NCBI GenBank assembly: GCA_047284725.1
Contig: JBJBEO010000001.1
Location: 1,272,203-1,336,202, forward strand
Length of the DNA: 64,000 nucleotides
Origin: Synechococcus sp.
GTDB lineage: Bacteria > Cyanobacteriota > Cyanobacteriia > PCC-6307 > Cyanobiaceae
Reading direction: 5' to 3'
Under the pieces are notes generated by a model that did not search any database, was not told the origin of the DNA, and saw nothing but the letters and a program-made list of their open reading frames with translations. A program made the translations under genes and the position numbers. Shown piece by piece: positions 1 through 10,356 of this stretch. The first letter of the stretch is position 1. Each line of letters starts with the position of its first letter.

Positions 1-299
1 GTGAACGCACCGAGGAGATCGGCCTGCGCAAAGCCCTTGGAGCCCGCAGTTCCGATGTGCTCAGCCAATTTCTGGTGGAATCACTGGTGCTTGCTTCACT
101 CGGAGGGGTAATCGGTACCTTCACTGGCTTAGGCGCCGTTGCCCTCGTGGCTGCACTGACGCCGCTCCCTGCAGCGATTGGAGTTTCTGTTGTTCTTGTC
201 ACAGTGAGCCTTTCGGGATCCATCGGTTTGTTCTTTGGCGTCGTGCCGGCTCGCCGGGCTGCACGGCTTGATCCGATCGTGGCTCTCCGCAGCCTCTGA
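1..299 (+). CDS. ABC transporter permease, MacB/FtsX family (C-terminal part, truncated by window start)
   Basis: ERTEEIGLRKALGA...ILSQFLVES-type motif and C-terminal PARRAARLDPIVALR; frame open from window start. Confidence 0.9.
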   Translation, partial: ERTEEIGLRKALGARSSDVLSQFLVESLVLASLGGVIGTFTGLGAVALVAALTPLPAAIGVSVVLVTVSLSGSIGLFFGVVPARRAARLDPIVALRSL

Positions 300-363
300 A
301 GGGGGATTCATCCCGGCTCTATCGACCAAACCAGGCATTCAGTCAACGGATTCACGCTTCCAA

Positions 364-381
364 CTCTTAAAGTCATGTAAC
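364..381. promoter_or_regulatory. Possible HLR1 (RpaB-binding) element upstream of ftsH2
   Basis: Reverse strand reads GTTACATG-AC-TTTAAGAG, an imperfect match to the (G/T)TTACA(T/A)(T/A)-N2 direct repeat. Confidence 0.3.
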
Positions 382-394
382 TTTCACGGCTTCC

Positions 395-2311
395 ATGAAT
401 CAACGCTGGCGCCAGATCGCTCTTTGGGTCCTTCCTATCGGCGTGGTGTTGCTGCTCGGCTGGCAGTTGATTGGCAACGGAGGGATGAAAGCCCTCAACC
501 CCAACGGTCCAACGGTGGCTCCCCGCAATGCTGCTGTGGGACGGATGAGCTATGGCCGTTTCCTCGACTACGTGGAGGCCGGTCGCATCACGGCCGTCGA
601 CATTTACGACGGTGGTCGCAATGCCGTTGTTGAAGCAGTGGACCCCGAGATTGACAACCGCGTGCAGCGGTTGCGTGTCGACCTACCCGGATTGGCACCC
701 GAACTGATCAACACCCTCAAACAGGAAGGAATCAGTTTCGACGTCCATCCTCCACGCACTGCGCCACCGGCCCTTGGACTGCTCGGCAATCTGCTGTTCC
801 CTCTGTTACTGATCGGATCGTTGATCTTCCTCGCACGTCGGGGAAACGGGATGCCTGGCGGGCCAGGTCAAGCGATGCAGTTCGGCAAGACCAAAGCCCG
901 TTTTGCCATGGAAGCTGATACGGGCGTCAAATTTGACGATGTGGCCGGTGTTGCAGAGGCCAAGCAGGACCTGCAGGAAGTGGTCACGTTCCTCAAGCAA
1001 CCTGAACGATTCACCTCTGTCGGTGCACGTATTCCCAAAGGTGTTTTGCTCGTCGGTCCTCCCGGCACAGGCAAAACACTGTTGGCCAAGGCGATCGCTG
1101 GTGAAGCAGGTGTTCCCTTCTTCTCACTGTCGGGCTCGGAATTTGTCGAGATGTTCGTCGGTGTTGGCGCCAGCCGCGTGCGTGATCTGTTCAAGCGCGC
1201 CAAAGAAAACAGCCCCTGCCTGATTTTCATCGATGAGATCGATGCGGTCGGACGCCAGCGTGGTGCTGGCATCGGCGGTGGCAACGACGAGCGGGAGCAA
1301 ACCCTGAACCAACTCCTTACCGAGATGGATGGTTTTGAGGGCAACAGCGGCATCATCATCCTTGCGGCCACGAACCGTCCAGACGTGCTCGACTCCGCCC
1401 TGATGCGTCCGGGTCGGTTTGATCGTCAGGTCACAGTCGATGCCCCGGACATCAAAGGTCGTCTCTCGATCCTCGAAGTCCATGCCCGCAATAAAAAACT
1501 CGACGGTGATCTCACCCTTGAGAGCATTGCCCGCCGTACCCCGGGCTTCACAGGTGCCGATCTGGCCAATCTGCTGAACGAAGCGGCGATCCTCACAGCC
1601 CGCCGCCGCAAAGACAGCATCGGTCTTGGTGAAATCGATGATGCTGTTGATCGGATCATCGCCGGGATGGAGGGTCAGCCCCTGACGGACGGACGCAGCA
1701 AGCGTTTGATTGCTTACCACGAAGTTGGCCACGCCCTGGTTGGAACCTTGGTGAAAGCCCATGATCCCGTTCAGAAGGTCACGTTGATTCCACGTGGGCA
1801 AGCTCAGGGATTGACCTGGTTTTCTCCTGATGAAGAGCAGATGCTTGTCTCCCGAGCTCAGTTGAAAGCACGGATCATGGGTGCTCTGGGTGGTCGTGCA
1901 GCTGAAGATGTGGTGTTCGGCTACGAGGAGGTGACCACTGGAGCTGGTGGTGATATCCAACAGGTGGCCTCGATGGCGCGTCAAATGGTGACCCGTTTCG
2001 GCATGTCTGATCTGGGTCCGATTGCCCTCGAAGGGGGTGGTCAGGAAGTCTTCCTTGGCCGGGATCTGATGACGCGCAGCGATGTTTCTGATGCAATCTC
2101 AAAACAGATTGATGAACAGGTGCGTGCCATGGTCAAACGCTGTTACAGCGAAACTGTCGAATTGGTTGCTCAACACCGTGAAGTCATGGATCATCTCGTG
2201 GAACGTCTGATTGAAATCGAAAGCATGGATGGAGATGAATTCCGTGATCTCGTTTCAAAGTTCACCACAATCCCCGATAAAGAGCGTAGTATTGCCGTGC
2301 TTAACAACTAG
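395..2311 (+). CDS. ftsH: ATP-dependent zinc metalloprotease FtsH (FtsH2-like, PSII repair)
   Basis: Two TM helices, Walker A GPPGTGKT, Walker B FIDEIDA, SRH, HEVGH zinc motif. Confidence 0.98.
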   Translation: MNQRWRQIALWVLPIGVVLLLGWQLIGNGGMKALNPNGPTVAPRNAAVGRMSYGRFLDYVEAGRITAVDIYDGGRNAVVEAVDPEIDNRVQRLRVDLPGLAPELINTLKQEGISFDVHPPRTAPPALGLLGNLLFPLLLIGSLIFLARRGNGMPGGPGQAMQFGKTKARFAMEADTGVKFDDVAGVAEAKQDLQEVVTFLKQPERFTSVGARIPKGVLLVGPPGTGKTLLAKAIAGEAGVPFFSLSGSEFVEMFVGVGASRVRDLFKRAKENSPCLIFIDEIDAVGRQRGAGIGGGNDEREQTLNQLLTEMDGFEGNSGIIILAATNRPDVLDSALMRPGRFDRQVTVDAPDIKGRLSILEVHARNKKLDGDLTLESIARRTPGFTGADLANLLNEAAILTARRRKDSIGLGEIDDAVDRIIAGMEGQPLTDGRSKRLIAYHEVGHALVGTLVKAHDPVQKVTLIPRGQAQGLTWFSPDEEQMLVSRAQLKARIMGALGGRAAEDVVFGYEEVTTGAGGDIQQVASMARQMVTRFGMSDLGPIALEGGGQEVFLGRDLMTRSDVSDAISKQIDEQVRAMVKRCYSETVELVAQHREVMDHLVERLIEIESMDGDEFRDLVSKFTTIPDKERSIAVLNN

Positions 2312-2372
2312 CTGTAGAATATTGAGGCAAATTGGGCCCTCCCTAGTCAATATTTCGCGATTGATGTGCACC

Positions 2373-2400
2373 AAAAAGCCCCATTAGTATGGGGCTTTTT
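2373..2400. terminator. Bidirectional intrinsic terminator between convergent ftsH and clpP
   Basis: AAAAAGCCCCAT-tagt-ATGGGGCTTTTT perfect inverted repeat with A/T tails. Confidence 0.9.
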
Positions 2401-2440
2401 CATTGGTCTTAAAGGCTGAACTCAAAAAGTCTGATTGGCG

Positions 2441-3031
2441 TCAAACGGAATGAACCGGGCGACGATCAATGACGGTGTCAATCAATCCGTAATCAACAGC
2501 TTCCTGTGGAGACATGAAAAAATCTCGGTCGGTGTCGATCTGAATTTTCTCCAGAGGTTGACCACTGCGTTCGGCAAGCTCTCGGTTGAGCTTCTCTTTG
2601 AGAAAGAGAATTTCGTCAGCCTGGATACGAATATCACTGGCTTGACCGCTTGCGCCACCAAGGGGCTGGTGAATCATGATCCGTGAATGACGAAGACTGC
2701 TGCGCTTGCCTTTGGTGCCCGCATTCAAGAGGAAGGCGCCCATGCTCGCAGCGAGACCCACGCACACCGTATGAACATCGGGTTTGATGTGCTGCATCGT
2801 GTCAAAGATGCCAAGACCGTCATAAACAGATCCGCCTGGAGAGTTGATGTAGAGGTAAATGTCCTTTTCAGGGTCCTCCGCTTCCAGAAAGAGCAGCTGG
2901 GCAACGATCCGGTTTGCCGACTCGCTTGTGACAGGCTCCCCCAGAAACACAATGCGCTCGCGCAACAGACGCGAGTAGATGTCAAAGGCCCTTTCACCCC
3001 GGCCTGATTCTTCGATCACGATCGGGATCAT
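2441..3031 (-). CDS. clpP: ATP-dependent Clp protease proteolytic subunit
   Basis: [30 protein letters not shown] (catalytic Ser), IMIHQP (His). Confidence 0.98.
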   Translation of the reverse strand: MIPIVIEESGRGERAFDIYSRLLRERIVFLGEPVTSESANRIVAQLLFLEAEDPEKDIYLYINSPGGSVYDGLGIFDTMQHIKPDVHTVCVGLAASMGAFLLNAGTKGKRSSLRHSRIMIHQPLGGASGQASDIRIQADEILFLKEKLNRELAERSGQPLEKIQIDTDRDFFMSPQEAVDYGLIDTVIDRRPVHSV

Positions 3032-3113
3032 TTTGGTCTGTTTGAGAGTGCCGCAATCCTAACGGCGTCCTCAGCGACGCTAAGGTTTATCTCACTTTGT
3101 TTGGTGCGGACAT

Positions 3114-3821
3114 TTGGGTGAGCATCTGACCATCGCCGACAGCAAGCGGGCGTTTCACCAAGCCTTCCCCTATGTGATCCCATCGCTCTATCGGCGCACA
3201 GCTGATGAGCTGCTGGTGGAGCTTCATCTGCTCAGTCACCAGAAGACGTTTCAGGTAGATGCCCTGTTTGCCGTGGGCCTTCAGCAGGTGTTCAACGCCT
3301 TCACACGTGGATACAGGCCTGAGGAACACCTGCCATCCCTGTTCAATGCCCTCTGCAGCTGTAACGGCTTTGACGCCGATCAGCTTCGCCAACTGGCTGC
3401 GTCCAGTGAGGATGCCGTCCAAGGTCACTCCATGGATGACGTGCAGCGTTGGTTGCACGACAAAGGTGCAGGTGCACCTGAAGCCGTGGCCTCCGTGCTC
3501 AAACGTGCCGACCAGGAGAACTTCCATTACTCACGGCTGATGGCGGTGGGGCTGCTGACGCTGCTGGCGAAAGCACGTGGACAGGATGGTGCGGATCCGA
3601 AGGAACTCGCTCAATCGGCCCATGAACTCAGTGAGCCCCTTGGACTTTCCAGGGATCGCGTGGAGAAAGACCTCGGTCTCTATCTTTCCAATCTGGAGAG
3701 AATGGCTCAGGCTGTTGAACTGGTGGAGGAAACCCTGGCGGCTGAACGACGCAAGCGGGAGCGTCAAGAAGATGGGGCGTCTGTGGAGGTGGAGTCTTCA
3801 GCCACAGGGAGTTCCACCTGA
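3114..3821 (+). CDS. psb29: Photosystem II biogenesis protein Psb29/Thf1
   Basis: TIADSKRAF...YRR..DELLVELHLL, FHYSRL.AVGL, VEKDLGLY.SNLERM motifs. Confidence 0.93.
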   Translation: MGEHLTIADSKRAFHQAFPYVIPSLYRRTADELLVELHLLSHQKTFQVDALFAVGLQQVFNAFTRGYRPEEHLPSLFNALCSCNGFDADQLRQLAASSEDAVQGHSMDDVQRWLHDKGAGAPEAVASVLKRADQENFHYSRLMAVGLLTLLAKARGQDGADPKELAQSAHELSEPLGLSRDRVEKDLGLYLSNLERMAQAVELVEETLAAERRKRERQEDGASVEVESSATGSST

Positions 3822-5209
3822 CCGCTGAGTTCTGACCATGCAGATTCAGCGCGGTCAGAACTGAGTTTGCGGAGACGCAGGCTCAATGTCTGAGCCTGTT
3901 TCACCACCCTGGGCCATTTCCCATCCAGCAGGCCTCGAGTCGTCAGATCTGCTGGACGCGCCCTCAGATCCAGGAGGATGTCGGGGCGTGCAGCCTGATC
4001 ACTCAAACTCGGCAGTGGAACTGTTGATGGCTCCATCCCAAGCCCAAGGCTGATTGTGGGGCGCGCTGAATGAGGTTGCAACCACCGCCACCCCCCAAGG
4101 ACAGTCTGATCAAGGGGGTCGGAGTCACGCCAGATCACGTTCCGACTCCCCTCCTGCACCAGACCCTGTTGGTTCAGTCGGTCTGTCAGAGCTTGCAGGG
4201 AGCTGTCGATACTCTGTCGATCAGCCTGAGGCCACAGCTGCAGCTGCAGACCAGCCTTGAAGGCTCCTTGCGGTCTGGCCACCAGTCTGAGCCGGAAAGG
4301 CGTTTGAAGAAGCTTTGTTCGCTGAACACCACTCAGGGCATAGTTTCGCTCAAGCGGGCGGCGAATGATCTCCCGACTTTCTAGGGCGGACAGCAGAACA
4401 CCGAGTTGTTCCCCTTCCATCATCAGTAAATCGAAGACATTCGCCGTTCGTTGCTGTTCGCCTTTCCCAGACCACAGATCATCATCAGAAAAGCCTTCAC
4501 GATCAGGTTTCAGTGACGAAGGGGCACCAGCAAGATTGCGCGAGCCGACCCAGCCATGCCATTGAAGATGGCCGTTGCGGACGCGTAGCGACAGACAGCC
4601 ATAGCCAGCCGACTGGAGCAGGGGAGCGGTCGCACCACTGAATCGAGCCAGCGCCTCTGGCCCCCAGATCACGGAAGGTCCCCGGGCTAACCGCCGCAGA
4701 CAACTGGAGAGCAGGGGAGAGGTGTCGACCCCGGAGCTGTCAGTCGAATCAAGTTGTTGGCGCAAAAATTGCTGATTGAGACCATCGGCGCTGAGGACTT
4801 CAAGTCCATCGAGGGGATGGGCAATCGCGCGAGCTCGTTCTTCGGCAGTGAGCAGGTTCGTCGGCAAGACAAGGTAAGCCTCACCATCAACGCTCCATCC
4901 CTGCCACCAGATTCCCCGCCCTAAGCGGCGCCAGATCTGTGTCGCGGGCTTGACACCAAGCCGACGTTTCCAGAGCAGAGGGGCCGGTTGCGTTGGATCG
5001 GCACGAAATGCCTGAAATAGCGGGAGTGCTTTTGAAAGCTTCTGAAGTGCGTGGGAATGGCGATCTGCCTGATCGTCAGTGGAGAGAACCAGGCCGGTCA
5101 CCGCCAGACCGGTGAGTACCGAACCGGCCGCCAAGGACAAGCGGTTGGTCCGAAGAAACGATTTCAGACCCTTCCAGACCCGTTGCGACGACGACGACGA
5201 TCTCGCCAT
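3764..5209 (-). CDS. Conserved hypothetical protein with N-terminal membrane anchor
   Basis: 481-aa ORF with one hydrophobic segment near the N-terminus. Confidence 0.75.
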   Translation of the reverse strand: MARSSSSSQRVWKGLKSFLRTNRLSLAAGSVLTGLAVTGLVLSTDDQADRHSHALQKLSKALPLFQAFRADPTQPAPLLWKRRLGVKPATQIWRRLGRGIWWQGWSVDGEAYLVLPTNLLTAEERARAIAHPLDGLEVLSADGLNQQFLRQQLDSTDSSGVDTSPLLSSCLRRLARGPSVIWGPEALARFSGATAPLLQSAGYGCLSLRVRNGHLQWHGWVGSRNLAGAPSSLKPDREGFSDDDLWSGKGEQQRTANVFDLLMMEGEQLGVLLSALESREIIRRPLERNYALSGVQRTKLLQTPFRLRLVARPQGAFKAGLQLQLWPQADRQSIDSSLQALTDRLNQQGLVQEGSRNVIWRDSDPLDQTVLGGWRWLQPHSARPTISLGLGMEPSTVPLPSLSDQAARPDILLDLRARPADLTTRGLLDGKWPRVVKQAQTLSLRLRKLSSDRAESAWSELSGQVELPVAEDSTSTDAPSS

Positions 5210-5316
5210 TCAATGGTTGAGAGGTAGATCACAGCACCGCTGACAAACACGAGCAGGGATGCTGCGGTGACGGCCAACCCCTGACTGAGGATTGGCGATT
5301 GAAGCACTTCAGACAA
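5164..5316 (-). CDS. Small single-TM membrane protein (about 50 aa) downstream of petN
   Basis: Manual translation from TTG: (M)SEVLQSPILSQGLAVTAASLLVFVSGAVIYLSTIEWRDRRRRRNGSGRV*; hydrophobic helix followed by a basic tail. Confidence 0.7.
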   Translation of the reverse strand: MSEVLQSPILSQGLAVTAASLLVFVSGAVIYLSTIEWRDRRRRRNGSGRV

Positions 5317-5321
5317 TGGAT

Positions 5322-5423
5322 TCAGAAGTTCAGCGTGCCGTCACCATTCCGGCCCCAGACCACCATGGCGATCGAGAAGCTGAACATGGCGGCCAAGGAA
5401 GCCCAGGCAAAAGTGAACAGCAT
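5322..5423 (-). CDS. petN: Cytochrome b6f complex subunit VIII PetN
   Basis: Manual translation [45 protein letters not shown] is the PetN signature. Confidence 0.96.
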   Translation of the reverse strand: MLFTFAWASLAAMFSFSIAMVVWGRNGDGTLNF

Positions 5424-5480
5424 GAAAGCGATGCAGACTGAAGGAGTTTAACTAGTCTCCTGCTTCATTCCGACGGACTG

Positions 5481-5786
5481 TTGACTCTCATGACAGGCTC
5501 CACTGCTGGTTCCTCAACGTTGCTGGAGCGGTCACAGACAACCCAGAGGTATCCACAGGCTCGCGTGATTGTGCTCAACGACGACATCAACACCTTCGAG
5601 CACGTGGTGAACTGTCTGTGCAAGATCATTCCTGGGATGAGCAGTGACAGGGCCTGGAAGCTGGCGCACCGCATCGATGGGGAGGGCTCCGCGGAGGTGT
5701 GGTGTGGCCCTTTGGAGCAAGCGGAGCTTTACCACCAGCAGCTCAGCGGAGAAGGTTTGACCATGGCTCCGATCGAGCGTTGCTGA
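5481..5786 (+). CDS. clpS: ATP-dependent Clp protease adaptor ClpS
   Basis: RVIVLNDDINTFEHVV..L, G.A.VW.GPLEQAELYHQQL. Confidence 0.95.
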   Translation: MTLMTGSTAGSSTLLERSQTTQRYPQARVIVLNDDINTFEHVVNCLCKIIPGMSSDRAWKLAHRIDGEGSAEVWCGPLEQAELYHQQLSGEGLTMAPIERC

Positions 5787-5826
5787 AGCAAGTAGCTTCA
5801 AGTCCAAGCATGTTGGGAGGATCCCT

Positions 5827-7239
5827 GTGGGATCGGCACGATTCATCGCCCTTGCCCTGCGACTCGGGTTGTTTCAGGCCTGCCTGGGTGCACTCTCGGT
5901 ACTCACCCTTGGGATCTTCAACAGGTTGCTCATCGATGAGTTCTCGGTTCCAGCAGCGTTAACGGCCCTCGCTCTTGGCGGGCAGCAACTGGTTGCCTTC
6001 AGCCGCGTCTGGTTCGGTCAGCGGTCGGACCGCACCCGTTGGAACGGCCTCAAACGCACACCTTTCATTCTGGGTGGAGCGGCCGTGTTCTGTTTGCTCA
6101 CCTGGGTGGCAGGCCGCACGGTGTTGTGGCTCGCTGCAGCGTCCCAGATGGGAGATACGTCAGCAGTGCTCATGCGAGGTTTACTGCTTGCCGGAGTGTT
6201 TGTCGGTTACGGCCTGGCGATCTCCGCCAGTTCCACGCCCTTTGCCGCCCTGCTGGTCGACATCAGTACGGAAAAACAACGGCCAACCCTGGTGTCGGTG
6301 GTCTGGTCCATGTTGATGGTGGGCATCGTGGCTGGGGCGATCCTGTTGAGTGCCTTTCTCGGCAACTCCTGTGCGTCAAAAGATCTGATGGATGTGATCG
6401 CAGGGGTGGAGCGTTTGATCGTTGTGGCTCCTCTTGTGATTTTCGCCCTCGTGCTGGTGGCCATTGTTGGTGTCGAACCTCGCCAGGGACAGACGGGAAC
6501 GCAGGACAATCACTCATCAACTCAAACGTCATCCTCGCTTTCAGAGGCCAGTCATGAGCTGAGCATCGGTCAGGCCTGGCGCATTCTCCGTGCGTCTCCT
6601 CAGGTTGGCTATTTCTTTGTTGTGCTGTCGTTATTCACGTTCTCACTGTTTCTTCAAGAAGCCGTTCTGGAGCCTTACGGCGGCGCCGTGTTTGGCATGG
6701 ATGTTTGCGCCAGTACACGGCTGAACGCCACCTGGGGGGTTGGCACTCTTTTGGGCATTGCATCCACGGGTGTTCTTCTGGTCCCTCGTCTCGGCCCCCA
6801 GCGAACGGCTCTATTCGGCGGGCTTCTCTCGGCTGTCTTTGTGTTGGGCATGGTGATCGCTGGCTCCATGGCCTCGGAGCCTCTGTTCAAAACCAGCCTG
6901 TTTCTCTTTGGTTACAGCGCTGGTGTCAGTACAAACGCGAGTCTGACCCTCATGCTTGGCCTCACTTCACCCTTGATGGCTGGCACGTTCATCGGCGTGT
7001 GGGGTCTTGCACAGGCCTATGCCCGAGGCCTTGCCACCATCAGTGGCGGAAGCCTGTTGAGCTTGTTTGGTTCAGTGACTGGAGGTCAGAACAGTTTTGC
7101 CGCTTACGCAGGGGTGTTCATCACCCAGGCTGTGGGGCTGTTGATTGCTGGCCTGCTTCTGCTCAAAGTCGATACCAGTCTGTTCAAGCGCGATGTCGAT
7201 CAAGCCTTGGGTGCCGTTGTGGCTTCAGAACTGGATTAA
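5827..7239 (+). CDS. BCD/PucC-family MFS transporter
   Basis: LRLGLFQ..LG..VLTLGIFNR, LQEAVLEPYGG motifs; about 12 TM segments. Confidence 0.88.
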   Translation: MGSARFIALALRLGLFQACLGALSVLTLGIFNRLLIDEFSVPAALTALALGGQQLVAFSRVWFGQRSDRTRWNGLKRTPFILGGAAVFCLLTWVAGRTVLWLAAASQMGDTSAVLMRGLLLAGVFVGYGLAISASSTPFAALLVDISTEKQRPTLVSVVWSMLMVGIVAGAILLSAFLGNSCASKDLMDVIAGVERLIVVAPLVIFALVLVAIVGVEPRQGQTGTQDNHSSTQTSSSLSEASHELSIGQAWRILRASPQVGYFFVVLSLFTFSLFLQEAVLEPYGGAVFGMDVCASTRLNATWGVGTLLGIASTGVLLVPRLGPQRTALFGGLLSAVFVLGMVIAGSMASEPLFKTSLFLFGYSAGVSTNASLTLMLGLTSPLMAGTFIGVWGLAQAYARGLATISGGSLLSLFGSVTGGQNSFAAYAGVFITQAVGLLIAGLLLLKVDTSLFKRDVDQALGAVVASELD

Positions 7240-7259
7240 CGGACCTGATTGAGGGCAGC

Positions 7260-7487
7260 TCAGGCCGCAGGTACTCGTTTTGACCGCATCAGGCGCAACA
7301 GCACCGAGGTCTTCAAACGCTTGCTGTCGTGATCAAGCACGTAGCGCAACACTCGGCCGGGACAGAACGCGAGGCCACGCACTTCAGGACCATGAAGCTC
7401 GGTGGTGAGGACACAAGCATTCGGCCCATGACGCTTGAGCAATGGCTCTCCCACTAAAAGCCGCAGGGTATCCACTGACTTGAGCAT
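7260..7487 (-). CDS. Small hypothetical protein
   Basis: ATG-started ORF MLKSVDTLRLLVGEPLLK...; fills the gap between its neighbours. Confidence 0.6.
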   Translation of the reverse strand: MLKSVDTLRLLVGEPLLKRHGPNACVLTTELHGPEVRGLAFCPGRVLRYVLDHDSKRLKTSVLLRLMRSKRVPAA

Positions 7488-7560
7488 CACCGACAGCAGG
7501 GCTCTCCCTGTGTCGTAGCCACAGTCGCTAGGTTCAGCCAACTCTTGGCTTGGTGAGCAC

Positions 7561-7887
7561 GTGGGACGGTTGGTGATCACCCATAGCACCTACGTCGATG
7601 GCCTGATTGTCTGGTTGAAACGACTGGCAGCTGATCCAGCCATTCAGACCATCACACCTGGCGTGATTGCTCGCGTGAAAGGACGCTCACAGAGTCTTCG
7701 GCTCAGGGTTTCCACCCGGATGCTGGGTGGTTTCAAACTCGTCGCCAGAAAGGGGGCGATGGTGCAGGAAGTGTTTGTGGTGACATCCCTTGATGCAGAC
7801 GAATTGGAACGACGACTGCAGGCTTCACAGCCTTCCAATCACAACAAGAAGAACGGGAAGCTCTCTTCTCCCAGAACACAACCCTGA
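7561..7887 (+). CDS. DUF2103 family predicted metal-binding protein
   Basis: GRLVITHSTY.DGLI..L, TITPGVI, KLVARKG..VQEVFVVT. Confidence 0.85.
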   Translation: MGRLVITHSTYVDGLIVWLKRLAADPAIQTITPGVIARVKGRSQSLRLRVSTRMLGGFKLVARKGAMVQEVFVVTSLDADELERRLQASQPSNHNKKNGKLSSPRTQP

Positions 7888-7963
7888 AGTTCGTTCAACA
7901 CCAGACCCAACGGTGTTGCACAGCTGCGACCACGACAGTCAAGAAAAAACAAAAGGATTGATT

Positions 7964-8147
7964 GGTGAACCGCTGTGCCGTGCGAGCCTCAGTGATCGAC
8001 CTGGAAGAACCAGAAGGGGCAACAAAGTGATGGATCCGTTTCCGGCTACAAGGCCGGTTTACTGCACCAGCACGACAGTCACCCCAAGTCGATAGAGAGT
8101 CAGATCAGAGCACTAGAAAAGGCCGTCACCAACACAGCAGTTCATCA
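7964..8147 (-). ncRNA. ssrS: 6S RNA (SsrS/SsaA; Yfr7 of marine cyanobacteria)
   Basis: About 185-nt rod-like structure whose ends pair (GAUGAACUGCUGUGUUGGUG with CACGGCACAGCGGUUCACC); located directly downstream of purK, as known for picocyanobacterial 6S RNA. Confidence 0.88.
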
Positions 8148-9332
8148 CCAACTTATCGGCAAGGGCCAGATGGCGCGAACGCGTTCCAAGGCCTCCTTGG
8201 CTTGATGACGACGCGCACCGGCTTCCTCGGCATCAAGGACCACGGTGACATGACCAAGCTTGCGCCCAGCACTTTCTCCCTGCTTGTCGTACCAGTGAAC
8301 ATGAAGGTCTGGTTCGCTGCGCAGAAGCGCAAGCCGTTGCTCCAGGGATGCAGCCTGCCCCGATGGCAAACCCAGGAGATTGACCATGAGCGCACCTGGC
8401 ACCACCAAAGCGGGGTCAGGCACATCCAGCCCAGCCGCAATGCAGAGCTGTTGGTCAAACTGACTGCTTGCACAGGCCTCGATCGAAACATGGCCAGAGT
8501 TGTGCGTTCGCGGTGCAATCTCATTCACTAACAAACCCTTGGCGCCATAAAAAAGTTCAATGGCCAACACGCCGACGTAGTCGAGTTTCGTCAGCAGTGA
8601 TGCAGCCATGTTGTAGGCCGTTGCATCAACCACCTGTTCCACCTCTGCGGGTGTGAGAACCCAATCACACACCTGATTGGCTTGATGGGTTTCCGCTAGA
8701 GGAAGAGCGCGCACCCTCCCCTGATCATCACGACTCACAACCAGGGCAAGCTCGCGCTCGTACTCCACCCAGGCCTCCAGAAACCAGTCCTCGCAATCAA
8801 CCTCGCTGAGCAGCTCGGCCAATGCCTGATCGGACCGGATCACACGGGTGCCGCGACCGTCGTAACCACCAGTGGCAGCTTTGGCCATCACAGGAAAGCT
8901 CCAGTCTTTGGGGAGTGTGGGCGATCCGGAATCAATCGACGTCAACTCAACCCAGTCAGGACTTGGAATTGCCAACTGATCGAGCAGTCGACGCTGATGC
9001 ACCTTGTTGACCAACGGACTGAGGCTGGCGAGGGAGGGCCGGAACCTGGCGCCTCTGTGTTCCAGGGCCGTTAAGTCCTCGATGCTGACCCATTCATTTT
9101 CAAAGGTGATCCCGCTGCATCGTGCCAACAGCTGTTCTGTGGCAATGGCATCAACAGGGTCAGCCTCCACAACGGATGTCGCGATCCGGCCAGCAGGATC
9201 ATCCACAGATCCGGTCTGCACCACCACATCCACCTGGCGTTGGCGCGCAGCCTCCACGAGCATCCTCGCCAGTTGACCTCCACCCACAACTCCGATCGGG
9301 GGGTGTTCGCTGGAGACTGCCGCGCTGGCCAT
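8145..9332 (-). CDS. purK: N5-carboxyaminoimidazole ribonucleotide synthase
   Basis: GVVGGGQLARML, ITFENE, GGYDGRG, NEIAPRTHNSGH, GRKLGHVT. Confidence 0.97.
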   Translation of the reverse strand: MASAAVSSEHPPIGVVGGGQLARMLVEAARQRQVDVVVQTGSVDDPAGRIATSVVEADPVDAIATEQLLARCSGITFENEWVSIEDLTALEHRGARFRPSLASLSPLVNKVHQRRLLDQLAIPSPDWVELTSIDSGSPTLPKDWSFPVMAKAATGGYDGRGTRVIRSDQALAELLSEVDCEDWFLEAWVEYERELALVVSRDDQGRVRALPLAETHQANQVCDWVLTPAEVEQVVDATAYNMAASLLTKLDYVGVLAIELFYGAKGLLVNEIAPRTHNSGHVSIEACASSQFDQQLCIAAGLDVPDPALVVPGALMVNLLGLPSGQAASLEQRLALLRSEPDLHVHWYDKQGESAGRKLGHVTVVLDAEEAGARRHQAKEALERVRAIWPLPISW

Positions 9333-9359
9333 GGAGACGACGGGATGAGCGATGGTTGA

Positions 9360-10271
9360 TCAGATCAATCCTCTCTCGCCGGCAAACACGAGCCTGATCA
9401 GCGTCAGCAGCATCACCAAGAGGAACAACGCCAAACCAACCGTGCAGGCGTAGCTGATCTCCAGTTCTGAGAAGGCCTGGTCATAGACGTAATACACGAG
9501 GGTACGGGTTGCGTCGGCAGGCCCCCCTTGCGTCATCAGGAAGACCTCCTCAAACACCTTGGTGGCAGCGATTGCAGAAATGACAGACACCAAGGTGATG
9601 TAGGGACGCAACAAGGGAAGGGTGATATCGAGATGCTTGCGCCAGCCTTCACTGCCATCGAGTTCAGCCGCTTCATACAGCTCCTGGGGAATGCCCTGCA
9701 ATCCGGCCAGGAAGATCACCATGTAGTAACCCAGTCCCTTCCAGAGAGTCACCACCATCACGGAAGGCAAGGCCAGCAAGGGATTGGAGAGAAAGCCAAT
9801 CGGTGCGAAACCATCGCCCAGCAGGGCAACGAGCCAACCGTTCAACAAACCGTTCTCGGAATACAGCCAGCGAAACGCAATCGCCGCTACCACGATGGAG
9901 ACCAGCACCGGGGTATAGAAACCGGCCCTGAGCACATGCATCCCCGGCAACCGGCGGTTGACCAGCACAGCCAGGGCCAGGGAGCCGAGCACAATCGGAG
10001 GCACGATGCCAATGAGATAAAGGAGGGTGTTGATCAGCACCCGGTAAAACATGGGATCGCGCACCAATCGCTGGAGATTGGCCAGTCCCACAAAGCGCAG
10101 TGGTTCTCCGACGTCGAGTCCTGTCTGGGTGAACGACATCACCAGCGCCATCAGGGCTGGAATCAACACCGAAACGGAGAGAAGACTGAGCGCCGGGAGG
10201 AGAAACGCCCAGGCGACAACAGAGCGTTGCCAGCCGTTCGATTCAAGCCTTTGCACCATGCCCGATGTCAC
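9360..10271 (-). CDS. Carbohydrate ABC transporter permease
   Basis: FLAGLQGIPQELYEAAELDG EAA motif, HLDITLPLLRP, MTQGGP. Confidence 0.93.
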   Translation of the reverse strand: MTSGMVQRLESNGWQRSVVAWAFLLPALSLLSVSVLIPALMALVMSFTQTGLDVGEPLRFVGLANLQRLVRDPMFYRVLINTLLYLIGIVPPIVLGSLALAVLVNRRLPGMHVLRAGFYTPVLVSIVVAAIAFRWLYSENGLLNGWLVALLGDGFAPIGFLSNPLLALPSVMVVTLWKGLGYYMVIFLAGLQGIPQELYEAAELDGSEGWRKHLDITLPLLRPYITLVSVISAIAATKVFEEVFLMTQGGPADATRTLVYYVYDQAFSELEISYACTVGLALFLLVMLLTLIRLVFAGERGLI

Positions 10272-10356
10272 TCTTGGCGGAGGTTAGGCCTGGCAACAGG
10301 ACAAGACGGCAGAGTGGTCGAGCAACCGTGACGCCTCAGGCGCTGAATGACCACCG

